A DNA stretch of 64,000 bases. Source: Pseudogymnoascus verrucosus. Taxonomy: Eukaryota. The translations under genes and the position numbers were made by a program. The notes beneath the pieces were generated by a model. It did not search any database and was not told the DNA's origin. It worked only from the letters and a program-made list of their open reading frames with translations. Shown piece by piece: positions 1 through 11,925 of this stretch; position 1 is the first letter of the stretch, and every line of letters begins with the position of its first letter. The stretch is from NCBI GenBank assembly GCA_001662655.1, contig KV460209.1. One strand, 5' to 3'.

Positions 1-2
1 AG

Positions 3-2666
3 GTGGTTCCCAAGGCTCTCGATGTCTACTCCGACATGCTTCGCCGCAAGGTGGCACCCACCACCGCCACCTACAACACTCTCATCAACCTTCTCGCCTC
101 CAGATCTCTCGAGGTCAACGAGTCCAAGAAGATGTTGGAGGAGAAGCGGGCCCGTTTCGGCGGTATGGAGCAGCCCGACAAGTTCATGCTCGCGTCCAGC
201 GAGATGGAGTTCGACATCTTGTCCGAAGACGACAGGCTCGACTTTGCCGTCAAGATGTTCGATATCTCCATGAGGACCAACAAGGACCGCACTTACCCAG
301 CAGAGACATACTTCAAGCTCATTTCAGCTTGCGCTGAGGCTGTTCGCGTCAACGATATGGCGCGCTTCTACGAGGACATGGAGTCGAAGAAGGTTATCCC
401 TCTGGCTGCCACATTCCCATCGATGATCAAGGGATACGCAGCTTCCCGCGATCTCACCAGCGCTGTTGAGTGCTACAACGAATACAAGGACATTGCTGTT
501 GCAGACAACTACGGACTGGTGGAACTTACTGACCGCCAGGATGCATTTGTCTACGCTGCTGTTGTGAAGGCGTACGTCGATTCCGACAAACTTCCCGGAG
601 CGATCCGCTTTTACGAGAAGATTGTTGAGTCATCGAGCGCAAAGAACTCTGCAGTGAAGGACATAATCGTGTCACACGGACTTGTTCAGGGGCTGCTTGA
701 CCGCGGTGTTCACGCCGAAGCTCTTAAGTGGGCTCAGGGCTTGAGCTTCGCACCCAAGGCCTCCGCCATGGGCAAGATTGCTGCTTCTGCAGCCGATGCT
801 GGTAACACCCCAGTTGCTCTTTCAGCATTCGAGAACGTCCCTCTAGACAGCCAAAATGTTGCGGCTCCAGCCATGGCGCTGCTCGCTCTTAGCGTCCGCT
901 CTGGAAACGTCGCCGAGGCCTCCAAGTACTGGCAGATTCTGTCTGCCCCTGGAATGGCCATTTCGCCTTCATTCATTGAGCCGACGGCCATGTATGCCAT
1001 CAGCATGATCGGATCTGGACAGGCTGCTATCGGACTCTCCCAGGCGGAGCAGATGTTCCAGCGCATCAGGGAATCTGCCTCTTCGCAGTCGTCGATTGCT
1101 GATGAGGTGGAGGAGGGCATGCTGCTTGTGGAGCAGTTCATGGGAAAGCGCGGCATTGTTGACCCCCGTACTATCGAGTCGCCTGTCGTCTACCAACAGC
1201 AGTTCCCAACACACTTCCAGGCGCCGGTTACTAGGCCATCATTCGAGGACTCATTCGATCCTTATGCTGCCTCTACCGACTTCAAGGGCTCGTCTCTCAT
1301 CGCTGATGAGCTTGAGAGGGGACTTACCTCCCGCGCGAAGGTTTCTCGTCTCAATGAGGCCCTGAACAGATTCCGCAACATCAGACGCGCTGGTCGCCAC
1401 CCACGCTACATCACATACGCCAAGCTAATTTCCGCTGCTGCGAGAGAGGAGCGCACCAACCTAGTCCACGATATTCTCGGCATGGCTAGGTCCGATGTTC
1501 CACTCCTGACCCAGTACCCTGTCGTCAGATACGGATGGGTGTCGATTCTGGATGCCATGGTCGGAGCCTGCCTCACGCTCGGCAACCGCACCTTGGCTGC
1601 CCAGTTCCACCAGGAGCTCCTCGACATGGGCGCTGCGCCGACCGCGAACACCTTCGGTCTGTACATCACCACTCTCAAGGAGTCGACCAAGACCTTCGAC
1701 GAGGCTTCCGAAGCCGTGAAGATCTTTCACCGCGCCAAGTCCGAGGGCGTCGAGCCTTCTTCCTTCCTCTACAATGCTCTCATCGGCAAGCTCGGAAAGG
1801 CCCGCCGCATCGATGACTGCCTCTTCTTCTTCGCGGAGATGCGCTCCCTCGGCATCCGCCCCACCAGCGTCACCTACGGCACGATCGTCAACGCGCTCTG
1901 CCGCGTCAGCGACGAGAAGTTCGCCGAAGAGCTGTTCGAGGAGATGGAGTCGATGCCTAACTACAAGGCTCGCCCTGCCCCTTACAACAGCCTCATGCAG
2001 TTCTTCCTCACCACCAAGCGCGACAAGACCAAGGTGCTCATGTACTACGAGCGCATGAAGAGCAAGGGCATCCAGCCTACGAATCACACATACAAGCTCC
2101 TCGTCGACACCCACGCCACGCTCGAGCCAATCAACATGGCTGCCGCTGAGGCCGTCCTAGACGTCATCCGCAGCACCGGACAGAAGCCCGAAGCGGTGCA
2201 CTACGCGTCCCTCATCCACGCCAAGGGATGCGTACAAAACGACATCGCCGGCGCCCTCGCAGTCTTCAACTCCGTCTCAGCAGACCGCTCCATCCGCCCG
2301 CAAGCATGCGTGTACCAAGCCCTCTTCGAGGCTCTGGTCGCAAACCACCGCGTCGCTGAAACCGAGCCGTTCTTGCAAGCTATGACTGCGCAGAGGGTGG
2401 AGATGACGCCGTATATCGCGAATACGCTCATCCATGGGTGGGCGAACCAGGGGGATTTCAAGAAGGCGAAGGAGGTCTTTGATGTTATCGGCAGGGAGAA
2501 GAGGGAGCCGAGCACGTATGAGGCTATGGCCCGCGCGTTTTTGGCGGCGGAGGATAGGCCTGCGGCGATGAGGGTCGTGCAGGAGATGTTGAGTAGGGGG
2601 TACCCGAACGCTGTGTCGGGGAAGATCCTTGAGCTTGTGGGTGGGGGGCATGGAGAGGTGGTCTAG
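3..2666 (+). CDS. Pentatricopeptide-repeat (PPR) protein, mitochondrial RNA/translation factor (CYA5/Pet309-like group); 5' end lies outside the window
   Basis: 887-aa open frame with many 35-aa PPR-like repeats (e.g. SFLYNALIGKLGKARRIDDCLFFFAEMRSLGIRPT, SVTYGTIVNALCRV); frame is open at the window edge. Confidence 0.85.
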   Translation: MVPKALDVYSDMLRRKVAPTTATYNTLINLLASRSLEVNESKKMLEEKRARFGGMEQPDKFMLASSEMEFDILSEDDRLDFAVKMFDISMRTNKDRTYPAETYFKLISACAEAVRVNDMARFYEDMESKKVIPLAATFPSMIKGYAASRDLTSAVECYNEYKDIAVADNYGLVELTDRQDAFVYAAVVKAYVDSDKLPGAIRFYEKIVESSSAKNSAVKDIIVSHGLVQGLLDRGVHAEALKWAQGLSFAPKASAMGKIAASAADAGNTPVALSAFENVPLDSQNVAAPAMALLALSVRSGNVAEASKYWQILSAPGMAISPSFIEPTAMYAISMIGSGQAAIGLSQAEQMFQRIRESASSQSSIADEVEEGMLLVEQFMGKRGIVDPRTIESPVVYQQQFPTHFQAPVTRPSFEDSFDPYAASTDFKGSSLIADELERGLTSRAKVSRLNEALNRFRNIRRAGRHPRYITYAKLISAAAREERTNLVHDILGMARSDVPLLTQYPVVRYGWVSILDAMVGACLTLGNRTLAAQFHQELLDMGAAPTANTFGLYITTLKESTKTFDEASEAVKIFHRAKSEGVEPSSFLYNALIGKLGKARRIDDCLFFFAEMRSLGIRPTSVTYGTIVNALCRVSDEKFAEELFEEMESMPNYKARPAPYNSLMQFFLTTKRDKTKVLMYYERMKSKGIQPTNHTYKLLVDTHATLEPINMAAAEAVLDVIRSTGQKPEAVHYASLIHAKGCVQNDIAGALAVFNSVSADRSIRPQACVYQALFEALVANHRVAETEPFLQAMTAQRVEMTPYIANTLIHGWANQGDFKKAKEVFDVIGREKREPSTYEAMARAFLAAEDRPAAMRVVQEMLSRGYPNAVSGKILELVGGGHGEVV

Positions 2667-3428
2667 GGAGACCGCTGTTGCTGCCGTTCGTGCTGCATGT
2701 GTGTCCCGAGGGTGGTGCGGCCATCTGAGGGGGACACGTATCGATATTTACCGCTTTTCCTTTGTTTTCTGATACCCAGTGCGAGACAGTAATATAAAAT
2801 TTTCGGGAGGAAAGGGGTGGGCGGGTGCAAAACTGGGTGTTTTATCTTTGCTTTTTGTTTGGGTTGGGCATATCTGGAACCGGGCATTTTTGTGGCGGAA
2901 GAAAGGACGGGGGGGCTCTGGTTCGGGTTGGCTAGCCCTTCGGTTGAATCGATTTATCTTGTCGTTTCCTTGGCGTTTTGATATCATCGGTGGTGGTTGG
3001 GCGGCCTTTGCTCTGTTGCGACTTGTATCAACATTGAGCTTTTGGCGTTTGTTTCACACGGAAGGGGTTTGGGTGGCGGGGCATAAGGGAGACAAACCCA
3101 AATATTCGTGTGATTTAGACATTTCTCCACTCTTCGATCTAGACGGCGGGCTCTTTTTGCGTGCGATTGTGCATGAGAGGGCGTGGGGTCTGGACTGACC
3201 TGTAGTATAGCTAGAGATAGCATATAAAGATAATCTGCCAACTTGTTGTTTTTGATTGTGATTTGTGCTGTGTAGTGTTAATCGAGTATCATCTGTGCTC
3301 CACCATAACCTTTCGGGACAGTCTTATAGCTTTCATATATGCAATAAATCGGCGTGTGCCGCCATATATACATTTCTATATCCCCCCCGCCTCCCATCTT
3401 CTCTATTCAGTACATATATACCCGTCAT

Positions 3429-4622
3429 CTACTTCTCCTCCACAGCCTCCAAAATAATATTATCAATCAACCTCACCGCCGGCCCCCCACTCAACCCCCT
3501 ATCCTCCCCCTCCCCCGCCTCCTCAACCTCCAACATCTTAAACGCACCACTCAGCACCGCGCCCCTCCCCTCCTCCACCGTCTCCAACTCCTCCAACGTC
3601 TCCGGGTCAGCGAGGGATAGGTAGCCTATCTCGAATCTCACTCGCTGGCTTGGCGGTTTGGCTTCTTCGGCTTCTTGTATGGACTGGACGTATGATTCTG
3701 CTGGGCCCATTATGTCGCCCCGGCTTCGAGCGCCGGATTTATAGCGGGCTTCGGCGATTTTTAAGGCGCTGCTTAGGACTGTTGCGCGTGCACGGCGACG
3801 GGTACCGAGATAGACGTTGCGGCTGCTCATTGCTAACCCATCACTCTCCCTCACAGTGGGACCGACGCGCACCTCGGTATCCATACAGAAATCCTTGACC
3901 ATCTTCCTGATCACGACAGTCTGCTGAACGTCTTTCTGGCCGAAATACACCTTTTCTGGTGTGACGATGTTGAACAACTTCATGCACACCGTCGCTACGC
4001 CGCGGAAGAAGGTTGGGCGCTGCACGCCCTCAAGTTTCTCGCCCGCGGGTGTGATGGTCACGAAGCTCCCCTTCGCATCTACCTCCTGTCCCGGGAAACC
4101 GGAGGGGTACATCGTCCTATCCGTCGGCGCAAACACCGCCGCCACACTCCCCAGATTCCCCCCATCTTCCGCTAACTCCCTATCCAAGTCGCGGAGTAAG
4201 GCACAATCGGAATCCCAGGTCTTCGGATAACTAGCCAGATCCTCATTTACGCCGAATTGCGCGGGGTTGACATAAATCGAGACCACCACCGCGGAGGTCT
4301 CAGAGGCGGCTTGTCGGATCAAAGAGAGGTGGCCTGAGTGCAGGGCGCCCATGGTGGGGACGAGACCGATTGTGCGGTGGAGGTCGCGTTGGGTGCGCCG
4401 CCAGTGCCGGAGGGAGGGGAGGGTGCGGAAGATGGGGATGGAGGTTTTGGGGATTGTGGATGAGGAGGAGGTGGGGGAGGAGGAGGTGGACTTGCAGGCT
4501 TGCGAGGGGGAAGTGGTGGTGAGGTTGCGGGACGACATTGTGGTAAGGAGGAATGAGGTTGTTGCTGTTCGTGGTGGTGGGAGTGGGCGAAGGCGGGGGA
4601 GGAATCGAGGGATTGTGGACAT
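3429..4622 (-). CDS. PAN6: Pantoate-beta-alanine ligase (pantothenate synthetase)
   Basis: Motifs VPTMGALHSGH, SIYVNPAQF, RPTFFRGVATV, YFGQKDVQQ, DGLAMSSRN, VRLIDN; Arg/Ser/Thr-rich N-terminus resembles a mitochondrial presequence. Confidence 0.95.
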   Translation of the reverse strand: MSTIPRFLPRLRPLPPPRTATTSFLLTTMSSRNLTTTSPSQACKSTSSSPTSSSSTIPKTSIPIFRTLPSLRHWRRTQRDLHRTIGLVPTMGALHSGHLSLIRQAASETSAVVVSIYVNPAQFGVNEDLASYPKTWDSDCALLRDLDRELAEDGGNLGSVAAVFAPTDRTMYPSGFPGQEVDAKGSFVTITPAGEKLEGVQRPTFFRGVATVCMKLFNIVTPEKVYFGQKDVQQTVVIRKMVKDFCMDTEVRVGPTVRESDGLAMSSRNVYLGTRRRARATVLSSALKIAEARYKSGARSRGDIMGPAESYVQSIQEAEEAKPPSQRVRFEIGYLSLADPETLEELETVEEGRGAVLSGAFKMLEVEEAGEGEDRGLSGGPAVRLIDNIILEAVEEK

Positions 4623-5055
4623 TGCGCGGCTCTATAGGCCGAGTGGTTATTGTGTTGGTTCTGTGGATGATGGTAGTGGAGAAGGACGTGCAGCTTTTGG
4701 GAGGGCCATGGTTATTTATGCTGTTGCCTGCGGGGAAGACATGGTTGCTGTTTGCTGTGCTGTGGTGTGCGGCGTATATTGAAGCATTGAGAGAGGACCA
4801 TCGGCACCGTGGGTATCCGATGGGCAGAATTAAAGGTTTGGAGACTGTGGCCGCGTGGGGGCTAGAAGGGGTTTAGCGCTCCCGCATCCCGCATTTTTGT
4901 ACTGTGGGTGGTCTGTGCGGAGAATTCCTCGATAACGAAACTTTTTAGGAAGATAGGAAACCCGTCAAGCTAGTTCTGAGGAACAATCTCTCTCCAGTAT
5001 CCTCTCCAGACGCAGAAACTAGGAAGGGATTCTTTTGATCCCGGGAGAAGCAAAG

Positions 5056-7557
5056 ATGGCTGATGATGGGATGCTCATGAATTTTGAGATTGGCGATGCG
5101 CCGCTGGTTGCGAAGCCCGTGTTTAAGGGTGGGAGGTGGAAGGATCGGTTGACGGCGAGGAAGGTTGCGAATCACAAGGAGTCACGCATGAATGGCGAGG
5201 GAGGGGGAGGAAACGAATCGAAACGCTCGGCGCCTGCGCATAGGGATACGGCGAATAGAGAGATTATACAGAATCCGCGCTTCAGCGAGGCGCAGGAGGA
5301 ATACATTGGCCCCAACAGCGAGGCGAGAGGACCGAAGAGACAGAGGGTGCAGGTGGACTATTATGGTGATGCGGGACGGCAGACGGCGAGGCTGACGACG
5401 GGGAAGCTGCCGCCGGGGAGTATTAATATTGGGGGGGGTAAGAAGACGACGTTTGGGGATGGGCCCGGGTCGGGGCCGAAGAAGACGTTTACGGATGGGA
5501 AGCCGGCGCAGATTATTTCGTCGCTTTTCACTTTCAATCCTTCGGCGAAGACTAAGTTCGAGGAGGAGGAGCCGAAGGAGGAGGTCGAGCCTGCGAAGCC
5601 GTCTAATGCTCCGCTTTCGGATGAGGCGTCCTCGTTTGCGTCGCTGGGGATGTCGAGGCGACTTGCTGGGCATCTGGCGACGAAGCTGGATATGAAGGCG
5701 CCGACGGCTATTCAGAAGGCTGCTGTTCCGCAGCTTATTGCGGAGGATAGCGATGCGTTTATACAAGCCCAGACGGGTTCGGGAAAGACGTTGGCGTATT
5801 TGTTGCCGATTGTGGAGAGGATCATGGCTATTAGCGCTGCTGCTGAGTCGGAGGGGGTGCATGATAAGGAGAAGCAGATTCACCGCAATTCAGGACTCTT
5901 TGCCATTGTGCTGGCGCCGACAAGAGAATTGTGCAAGCAGATTGCTTCGGTCCTTGATAAGCTGCTTCGTTGTGCGCCGTGGCTGGTTGGAACTACGGTT
6001 ATTGGAGGGGAGAGCAAGCAGTCGGAGAAGGCGCGGTTGAGGAAAGGTGTTAATATTCTTATTGCCACGCCTGGTCGGTTGGCCGATCATCTGGATAACA
6101 CGGAGGTTCTGGACGTGAGCACAGTAAGGTGGCTTGTTCTTGATGAAGGTGATCGACTGATGGAACTCGGCTTCGAGGAGGAAATCAAGGGCATTGTCGA
6201 TAAGATTGCTTCAAGGGCACTGATCAACGACAGGACAGGACGAGTGGGCAAGGGACAACTTCCCAGCCGTCGTGTCACAGTCTTGTGTTCGGCTACCATG
6301 AAGATGACAGTGCAGAAGCTGGGAGAAATCTCTCTCAAAGACGCCATGCACATCCAGGCCGACCCCTCCGACGAAGAATTGGAAAAGAACAAGACGGACG
6401 GCACGGACCCCAAAGAGGACGGATTCTCCGCCCCTGCCCAACTTAAGCAGGAGTACGGAATCGTACCAGCCAAACTCCGCCTCGTCACACTCACCGCAGT
6501 CCTGAAGCGCGCCTTCGCCCGTCGCGGCTCAGTCATGAAGGCCATCGTCTTCATCTCCTGCGCCGACAGCGTCGACTTCCACTTCTCCCTCTTCTCGCGC
6601 CCCGAACTCACTCCCCCCCCCGTCTCCGGCGCCAACACCGCCGACGAGGCCAAGCCCGCCGTCGCCGTCATCCCCAAGAACGAACTCACCAAAGACACCA
6701 TCGCCACCGGCGCCGCGTTCTCCAACGCCACCAACGCCGTGACGCTCCACAAGCTCCACGGCTCCCTCGCACAGAACATCCGTACCGCGACTCTAAAGCA
6801 CTTCTCCGAGTCCAAAGACCCCTGCGTCCTCGTCTGCACGGACGTCGCATCGCGCGGTCTCGATCTCCCAAACGTCGACTTCGTTGTCGAATACGACCCT
6901 CCTTTCTCCTCTGATGACCACGTCCACAGAATCGGTCGTACCGCGCGTGCCGGTAAATCCGGTCGTTCGCTGATCTTCCTGCTTCCCGGCCCTGAAGAAG
7001 CTTATGTCCCCATATTATCCAAGCTGAGCCCTAACTTGTCCGCTAATACGGGCGAGGAGCTCATCCGTAGGGGCTTTGGAGGAACGGGACATGAGTGGGA
7101 GGAACGCGCGACGGCGTGGCAGCTTGAGGTGGAGAATTGGATTTTGGGTTCGGCGAAGTACCTCGAGATGGCGAGGAGAGGGTACCAATCGCACATCCGC
7201 GCGTACGCCACTCACGTTGCTGCTGAGCGTGCGATTTTCGACATGAAGGAGCTGCATCTTGGACATTTAGCCAAGGCGTTTGGTCTGCGTGATAAGCCGG
7301 GTAGTATCAAGGTTCCTGGACTGCGACCGAAGGCGATGACGCATGCGGATCGTAGTGTTGCGATGAGGAAGGCGAAGAGGGGAGATAATACGGATAGGGA
7401 TGGGAATGAGAAGGCGCCAGAGGGCGAGCATGCGAGGAAGAAGAAGAAGGAGGATAGGGAGAGGCCGAGGGATGTCAATGAGGATGATGCGGCGAAGAGG
7501 ATGAAGAGGAAGATGATGGAGCATATGGGGGCTGCGTCGGAGTTCAATATCGGGTAG
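5056..7557 (+). CDS. DBP7: DEAD-box RNA helicase Dbp7 (60S biogenesis)
   Basis: ATG at 5056 (MADDGMLMNF); AQTGSGKT, PTREL, TPGRL, DEGD (Dbp7-type variant), SAT, HRIGRTAR; C-terminal SEFNIG. Confidence 0.92.
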   Translation: MADDGMLMNFEIGDAPLVAKPVFKGGRWKDRLTARKVANHKESRMNGEGGGGNESKRSAPAHRDTANREIIQNPRFSEAQEEYIGPNSEARGPKRQRVQVDYYGDAGRQTARLTTGKLPPGSINIGGGKKTTFGDGPGSGPKKTFTDGKPAQIISSLFTFNPSAKTKFEEEEPKEEVEPAKPSNAPLSDEASSFASLGMSRRLAGHLATKLDMKAPTAIQKAAVPQLIAEDSDAFIQAQTGSGKTLAYLLPIVERIMAISAAAESEGVHDKEKQIHRNSGLFAIVLAPTRELCKQIASVLDKLLRCAPWLVGTTVIGGESKQSEKARLRKGVNILIATPGRLADHLDNTEVLDVSTVRWLVLDEGDRLMELGFEEEIKGIVDKIASRALINDRTGRVGKGQLPSRRVTVLCSATMKMTVQKLGEISLKDAMHIQADPSDEELEKNKTDGTDPKEDGFSAPAQLKQEYGIVPAKLRLVTLTAVLKRAFARRGSVMKAIVFISCADSVDFHFSLFSRPELTPPPVSGANTADEAKPAVAVIPKNELTKDTIATGAAFSNATNAVTLHKLHGSLAQNIRTATLKHFSESKDPCVLVCTDVASRGLDLPNVDFVVEYDPPFSSDDHVHRIGRTARAGKSGRSLIFLLPGPEEAYVPILSKLSPNLSANTGEELIRRGFGGTGHEWEERATAWQLEVENWILGSAKYLEMARRGYQSHIRAYATHVAAERAIFDMKELHLGHLAKAFGLRDKPGSIKVPGLRPKAMTHADRSVAMRKAKRGDNTDRDGNEKAPEGEHARKKKKEDRERPRDVNEDDAAKRMKRKMMEHMGAASEFNIG

Positions 7558-7624
7558 ATGGAGGTAGATATGTTATATAGCACAGCGCAGCGTCGTTAGG
7601 AATCATAATTGTATATACACGGAT

Positions 7625-9131
7625 CTAGTATATTTCCCATAAACTCACTTTCCCGTCTTTGCTCCCTGCTGCCACCCAGTGCGTTTGGGTGGCTTGTTGT
7701 ATCCTCTTCTCTTTTGCCGATATGGCCAACCCAACGCGTCTTGGAGGTGCAACCACCGCAGTCTCACCTCCTTGTGACGATTCTGCCTCTGGTTTTTCCT
7801 CTTCTGGCTTGTCCTCATCAGCTCCTTCTTTATCCTCTTGTACATTTATAACTTCAGCGAAAGCCACAGCAAAACACCCATCCTTATGCCACTTCAGCAC
7901 CGCCAGTTCCTTCATACTCGCCACGCTATAAACCCGCACCTTGGTATCCCACCCCGCCGTAGCGAATATCCGTCCGTCGCTCCTAATCCGCAAGCTCTGT
8001 TGCCCAGAGTGCTTCGTCTGCACGACTTTCAACGGCTTTGTAACGACTTCAGGCTTAACGGGCGGCTTAGGTGGTATTGCCGAGGGGGTGGTCGGGGACT
8101 GTGCTGCAAACATCCCGGAGAGGAGCGAGGGATTCTTAACTGGAACTTTCTGATGCGTTGGTCCTGATTGTGGCTGGACTGGTTGGGGTAACGGAGGAGA
8201 TAGCGAGGAAAGGGGGTGCTTGGCAATTATCCCATCGGCGCCGCTGGTGATAAAGGATGCCATATCCAGGGTAACTCCGAGGGAGAGAATAGGCTGGGAA
8301 TGAGGCTGGGCGAGGTAGAGTCTACACCAGCCAAGGACAGGGTTGTCCTGCACAACCATTGCATGCCCACTTTCATAGCCCACGATGAGAGTGAGGCGTG
8401 AGGATACGTAGAGGATGGAGACGGACATTACCATGCCGGTGTTGGTGGACTTATCTCCAGGGACCGTAAGTAGGCGCTTCTGGGAGGGGAGATGGAAGAT
8501 GTCGACCTGAGGAATGTTAGCTGTGATGAATGAAAGGTTGTGGTGGATACTAACGGCTTCGGAGCTCAGGGTGTTCGGGACGGCGATGAGAAGTTCATCC
8601 TGACCGGGTGACGGGATAGTCTCAGTTGATATGGGGCCAGGAAGTTGCTTTGCAATGCAGTGGCCGAACGAGCAGAAGTTCAGCGAGTTGACGTCCAGTA
8701 CGTAGAGGAGCCATGGTTGCTTCCTGGGCGTCGTTGGGTCCTCGACAGGGAGGGTAGTACTCAGGGAGGCCTCATCCTCTTCCGAGAACTTCCAAACAAT
8801 GAGCTTATTGTCCTTGCCGTGACTTCAAAACTATTAGTAACCTTGCATAACACGAGGAATAAGATATAATAGAAGAGTTGGTGATATTTGAAAATTAAGC
8901 TCACGTGATTAGTCTGTCTGATCCCCATTCAGCAACACCGAGGATGGCGGCCTCGTGTGCCCTCCACACGGCCGTGGGTCTTCGTGAGGCTAGACCCCAG
9001 AGCACGATCCATCCCTCCGCATCGCCAGTAACGAGGCGAGAGTTCCCTCTTATGAACTGCGTTGAATGGATCTGCGCCGCATGGCCGCGGAATATATATG
9101 TTGCTTCCGGAGGCGGCTGTGGGAGCGACAT
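7625..9131 (-). CDS. ASA1: WD40 protein, ASTRA-associated protein 1; 3 exons (9131-8905, 8822-8555, 8506-7625)
   Basis: N-terminal [10 protein letters not shown]...[10 protein letters not shown]; introns 8904-8823 (GTGAGC..CTAAT..AAG) and 8554-8507 (GTTAGT..CTAAC..CAG) rebuild [14 protein letters not shown]-terminal FATAGWD and [15 protein letters not shown]. Confidence 0.85.
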
Positions 9132-9801
9132 ATGTTGAATTTGTAGAGTCTAACTTGGACCGTTTGAGGGTTGATGAGCGGCCCGCCTTCGTCTATTTCA
9201 TGCTACCAAGAGCCACGGCGGATGGCGGCAGACCTGCGCGGCAACCATGTCGGAAATGCACAACCACAATACCGACGGCTTCCAACTTGCGTGTACCATA
9301 TTCTAAGTAGCTCATACACTAGGTCACATGGACCAGGCACCAATTGCGCCTCTATCAACCCGTCTATCTTATCGAACAACTCCGCGCGAACCGTACTCGA
9401 ACCCCTTCACGAAATATATTCCTATACAGAGTGTCACCGAGCGACCCCAGCATCGCATCCACCAGACCACCCTGTCCCCGACATCCCCTGCTATCTCACA
9501 TGCAAATGTTTGTGCGACGATAAGGCGCAACGCGACGTAGTTCGCAGATAACAACACTTTTTGGCCGCATATGACTTCGGGGATCGCAAACTCGCTGCCA
9601 ATCGACCAGCACTTCCGGCTTGCGCGCCGCTGGGCACAATTATCCCGTTCCTTCAATTGGCTTCAACAATTTCTGCGATAAACCCGAAGAACCCGCACCG
9701 CCTCTTGAGGTGCGGCACTGTCGAGCCGGCGCCCACCTGGCAGCCCCCAATCCCGTTATACTCGAGGAGAAGCAGGGCCAGCCCATACTGCGCCTGCGCA
9801 T

Positions 9802-11925
9802 ATGCCCATGACGGCTCTCGACTCTCCCGGCTCTGCCGTGGTGGCTGGCGAAAGCTCAGTTGCCAGCGCGAGTAAACCGCGGAGAGTGAGGACCGGGTGT
9901 TTGACATGCAGAGAACGGCATCTGAAGTGCGACGAAGGGTTGCCGCATTGCCTGAACTGCAAGAAGTCTGGGAAAACATGCAGGCGTGGGATGAAACTCA
10001 ACTTCCACTGGATGGACGTCAGAGACCCAGCAATTCTCCCTCCGACGGCGGATTGGTCTGGTGCGTAATCCCCCAGGGGATTCTGAGCCAATGCTGACAT
10101 TTTCTAGTTCAATTCCAAGACGAATCTCGACTCATTGCATCCGAATACAAAGGCGGCCTGGGCCAATACAGGGCAATAGAAACAGTCGCAGTCACCCCTT
10201 CTCACGATCCTGTTCCTGAGTTTAATATTCCCATCGATCCGAATATCACTATGCATAGCAACCAAAACTCGATGTTACAACCAGGGGCCCCAGGATTATA
10301 TCCAGAGAGCAAGGGGGTATATCCAGAGAGCAGGGGGATTGGCAAACATGGCTACCAGACGCAGGAAGATAACCGTCACCTTCACCCCCATACGGGCAAT
10401 GAGGTTTCATATATGCCTTCAATGGCCCCAGCTTCATATGGGAATCCGGAGGCCATACTCGCACCTCCTGATGTTGCTAGGGGATACCTCAGCGATCCGC
10501 AGGAGGTTCTCCTCATGCAGGTATTTGTGGAAGAAGTTGGGTTATGGATGGACAGTATGGACAAGATGAAGCACTTTTCTCGACTATTGCCTTTCCATGC
10601 TCTACAAGAACCCATGCTGCTTAATGCCTTCCTTGCTTGCGGGGCGCGGCATCTCTCACTTGTCAATCCCCTGTATCATGAAGATAAGGCACTTACCTAT
10701 TACGACACAGCAACCACACTACTATTACGAGCATTACAAAACCCAGATCGAGATACGGTCGTCTGTGCTACTTCGGCAGTTATTCTCAACGTCTATGAAA
10801 TAATGTCTGAGCGTGCAGCTCAACGCATGAATCACATTGCGGGTGCTAGAGCTCTAATCAAGGAATGCGGCTGGAATGCTCGATCAACTGGTATTGGTGC
10901 GGCTTGCTTTTGGGTCAATATCGGCATGGAGCTGTTGTCATGCCTACACTTCAACTGGCAAGTGGCATGGGAACCCGACCTATGGGGCGTGGATATGGAC
11001 TTTTCACAAGGGCGAGAAGGTGGGAGTGAAGAACTCTGGACACACCGGATGGTGTATATCACGGGAAAGATTTCAAATTTCAGGGCCGCAACCCCAAAAT
11101 TTCCAGAGGCAACCGCGCATGAAGAACAATTGAGGCAGCAAAGGCGGTATGCTGAGTGGCAAGACCTGAAGAACCTCTGTGACAGCTGGAATCAAAGTGT
11201 TCCAAGAACTATGCACCCTGTGGGATTTCTTTTTCCCCATCAAACCTCATCCAAGTCACTGTTCCCGGAAGTCTGGTAAGCTATGCTGACCTCCATTATC
11301 TCATGATGATTGCATACTGATACCCCACAGGCTGCTCAAACGGTCCGCAATCACCGGCCGACTGTTCTATCACACTGCAATGTGTGTCGTAGCACAGAAC
11401 AATCCTATGTTTCCGATGCCCAATCCCGAAATGGCGAGTCTCCTTCACGACCATGCGCACCAAATATGCGGTATTGTCGCCCACGTCAAGGACAGGGGAG
11501 TTGCCTCGATAGCATTGCGGTCACTGGCCCTGGCAGGTGAAACTCTCGTACAGCGCGACGAGCAGGAAGAGGTAATACGCATATTTGAGAAGGTGCAGAA
11601 GGAGACCGGATGGAATGTCACATACGTGATGAAAGAACTGCGCGACAAATGGGGTTGGATCTCGGAAGAGCAGATGCTACGGGACCAAATGACTTTTAAC
11701 CAATTTGCTGGGGCGAATGCAAACATGTCGACAGCAGGGCAAGGCCTACAGGGTGGGCAGCAGCAGCAACCTCAACAACCACCAAAGATGATCGGTGGGA
11801 TACTGAACCCATTGCTCGCCAGGGCAGACTTTTCACTGCCGAATCATCCGTATCAGGCGTATTATCAGCCGCCGAGAGTTCATGATTTGCAGGGACAGGG
11901 TCAATATGGCCAGAATTACTTTTGA
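9802..11925 (+). CDS. Zn(II)2Cys6 transcription factor with fungal TF domain; 3 exons (9802-10060, 10108-11275, 11331-11925)
   Basis: RVRTGCLTCRERHLKCDEGLPHCLNCKKSGKTC binuclear cluster; introns 10061-10107 and 11276-11330 keep the frame (DWSVQFQDESRLIASEY; EVWLLKRS). Confidence 0.9.

Noticed and set aside
6142..6153. DEGD instead of DEAD in the helicase as a sign of inactivation
   Set aside because: DEGD is a normal motif II variant in fungal Dbp7 proteins.
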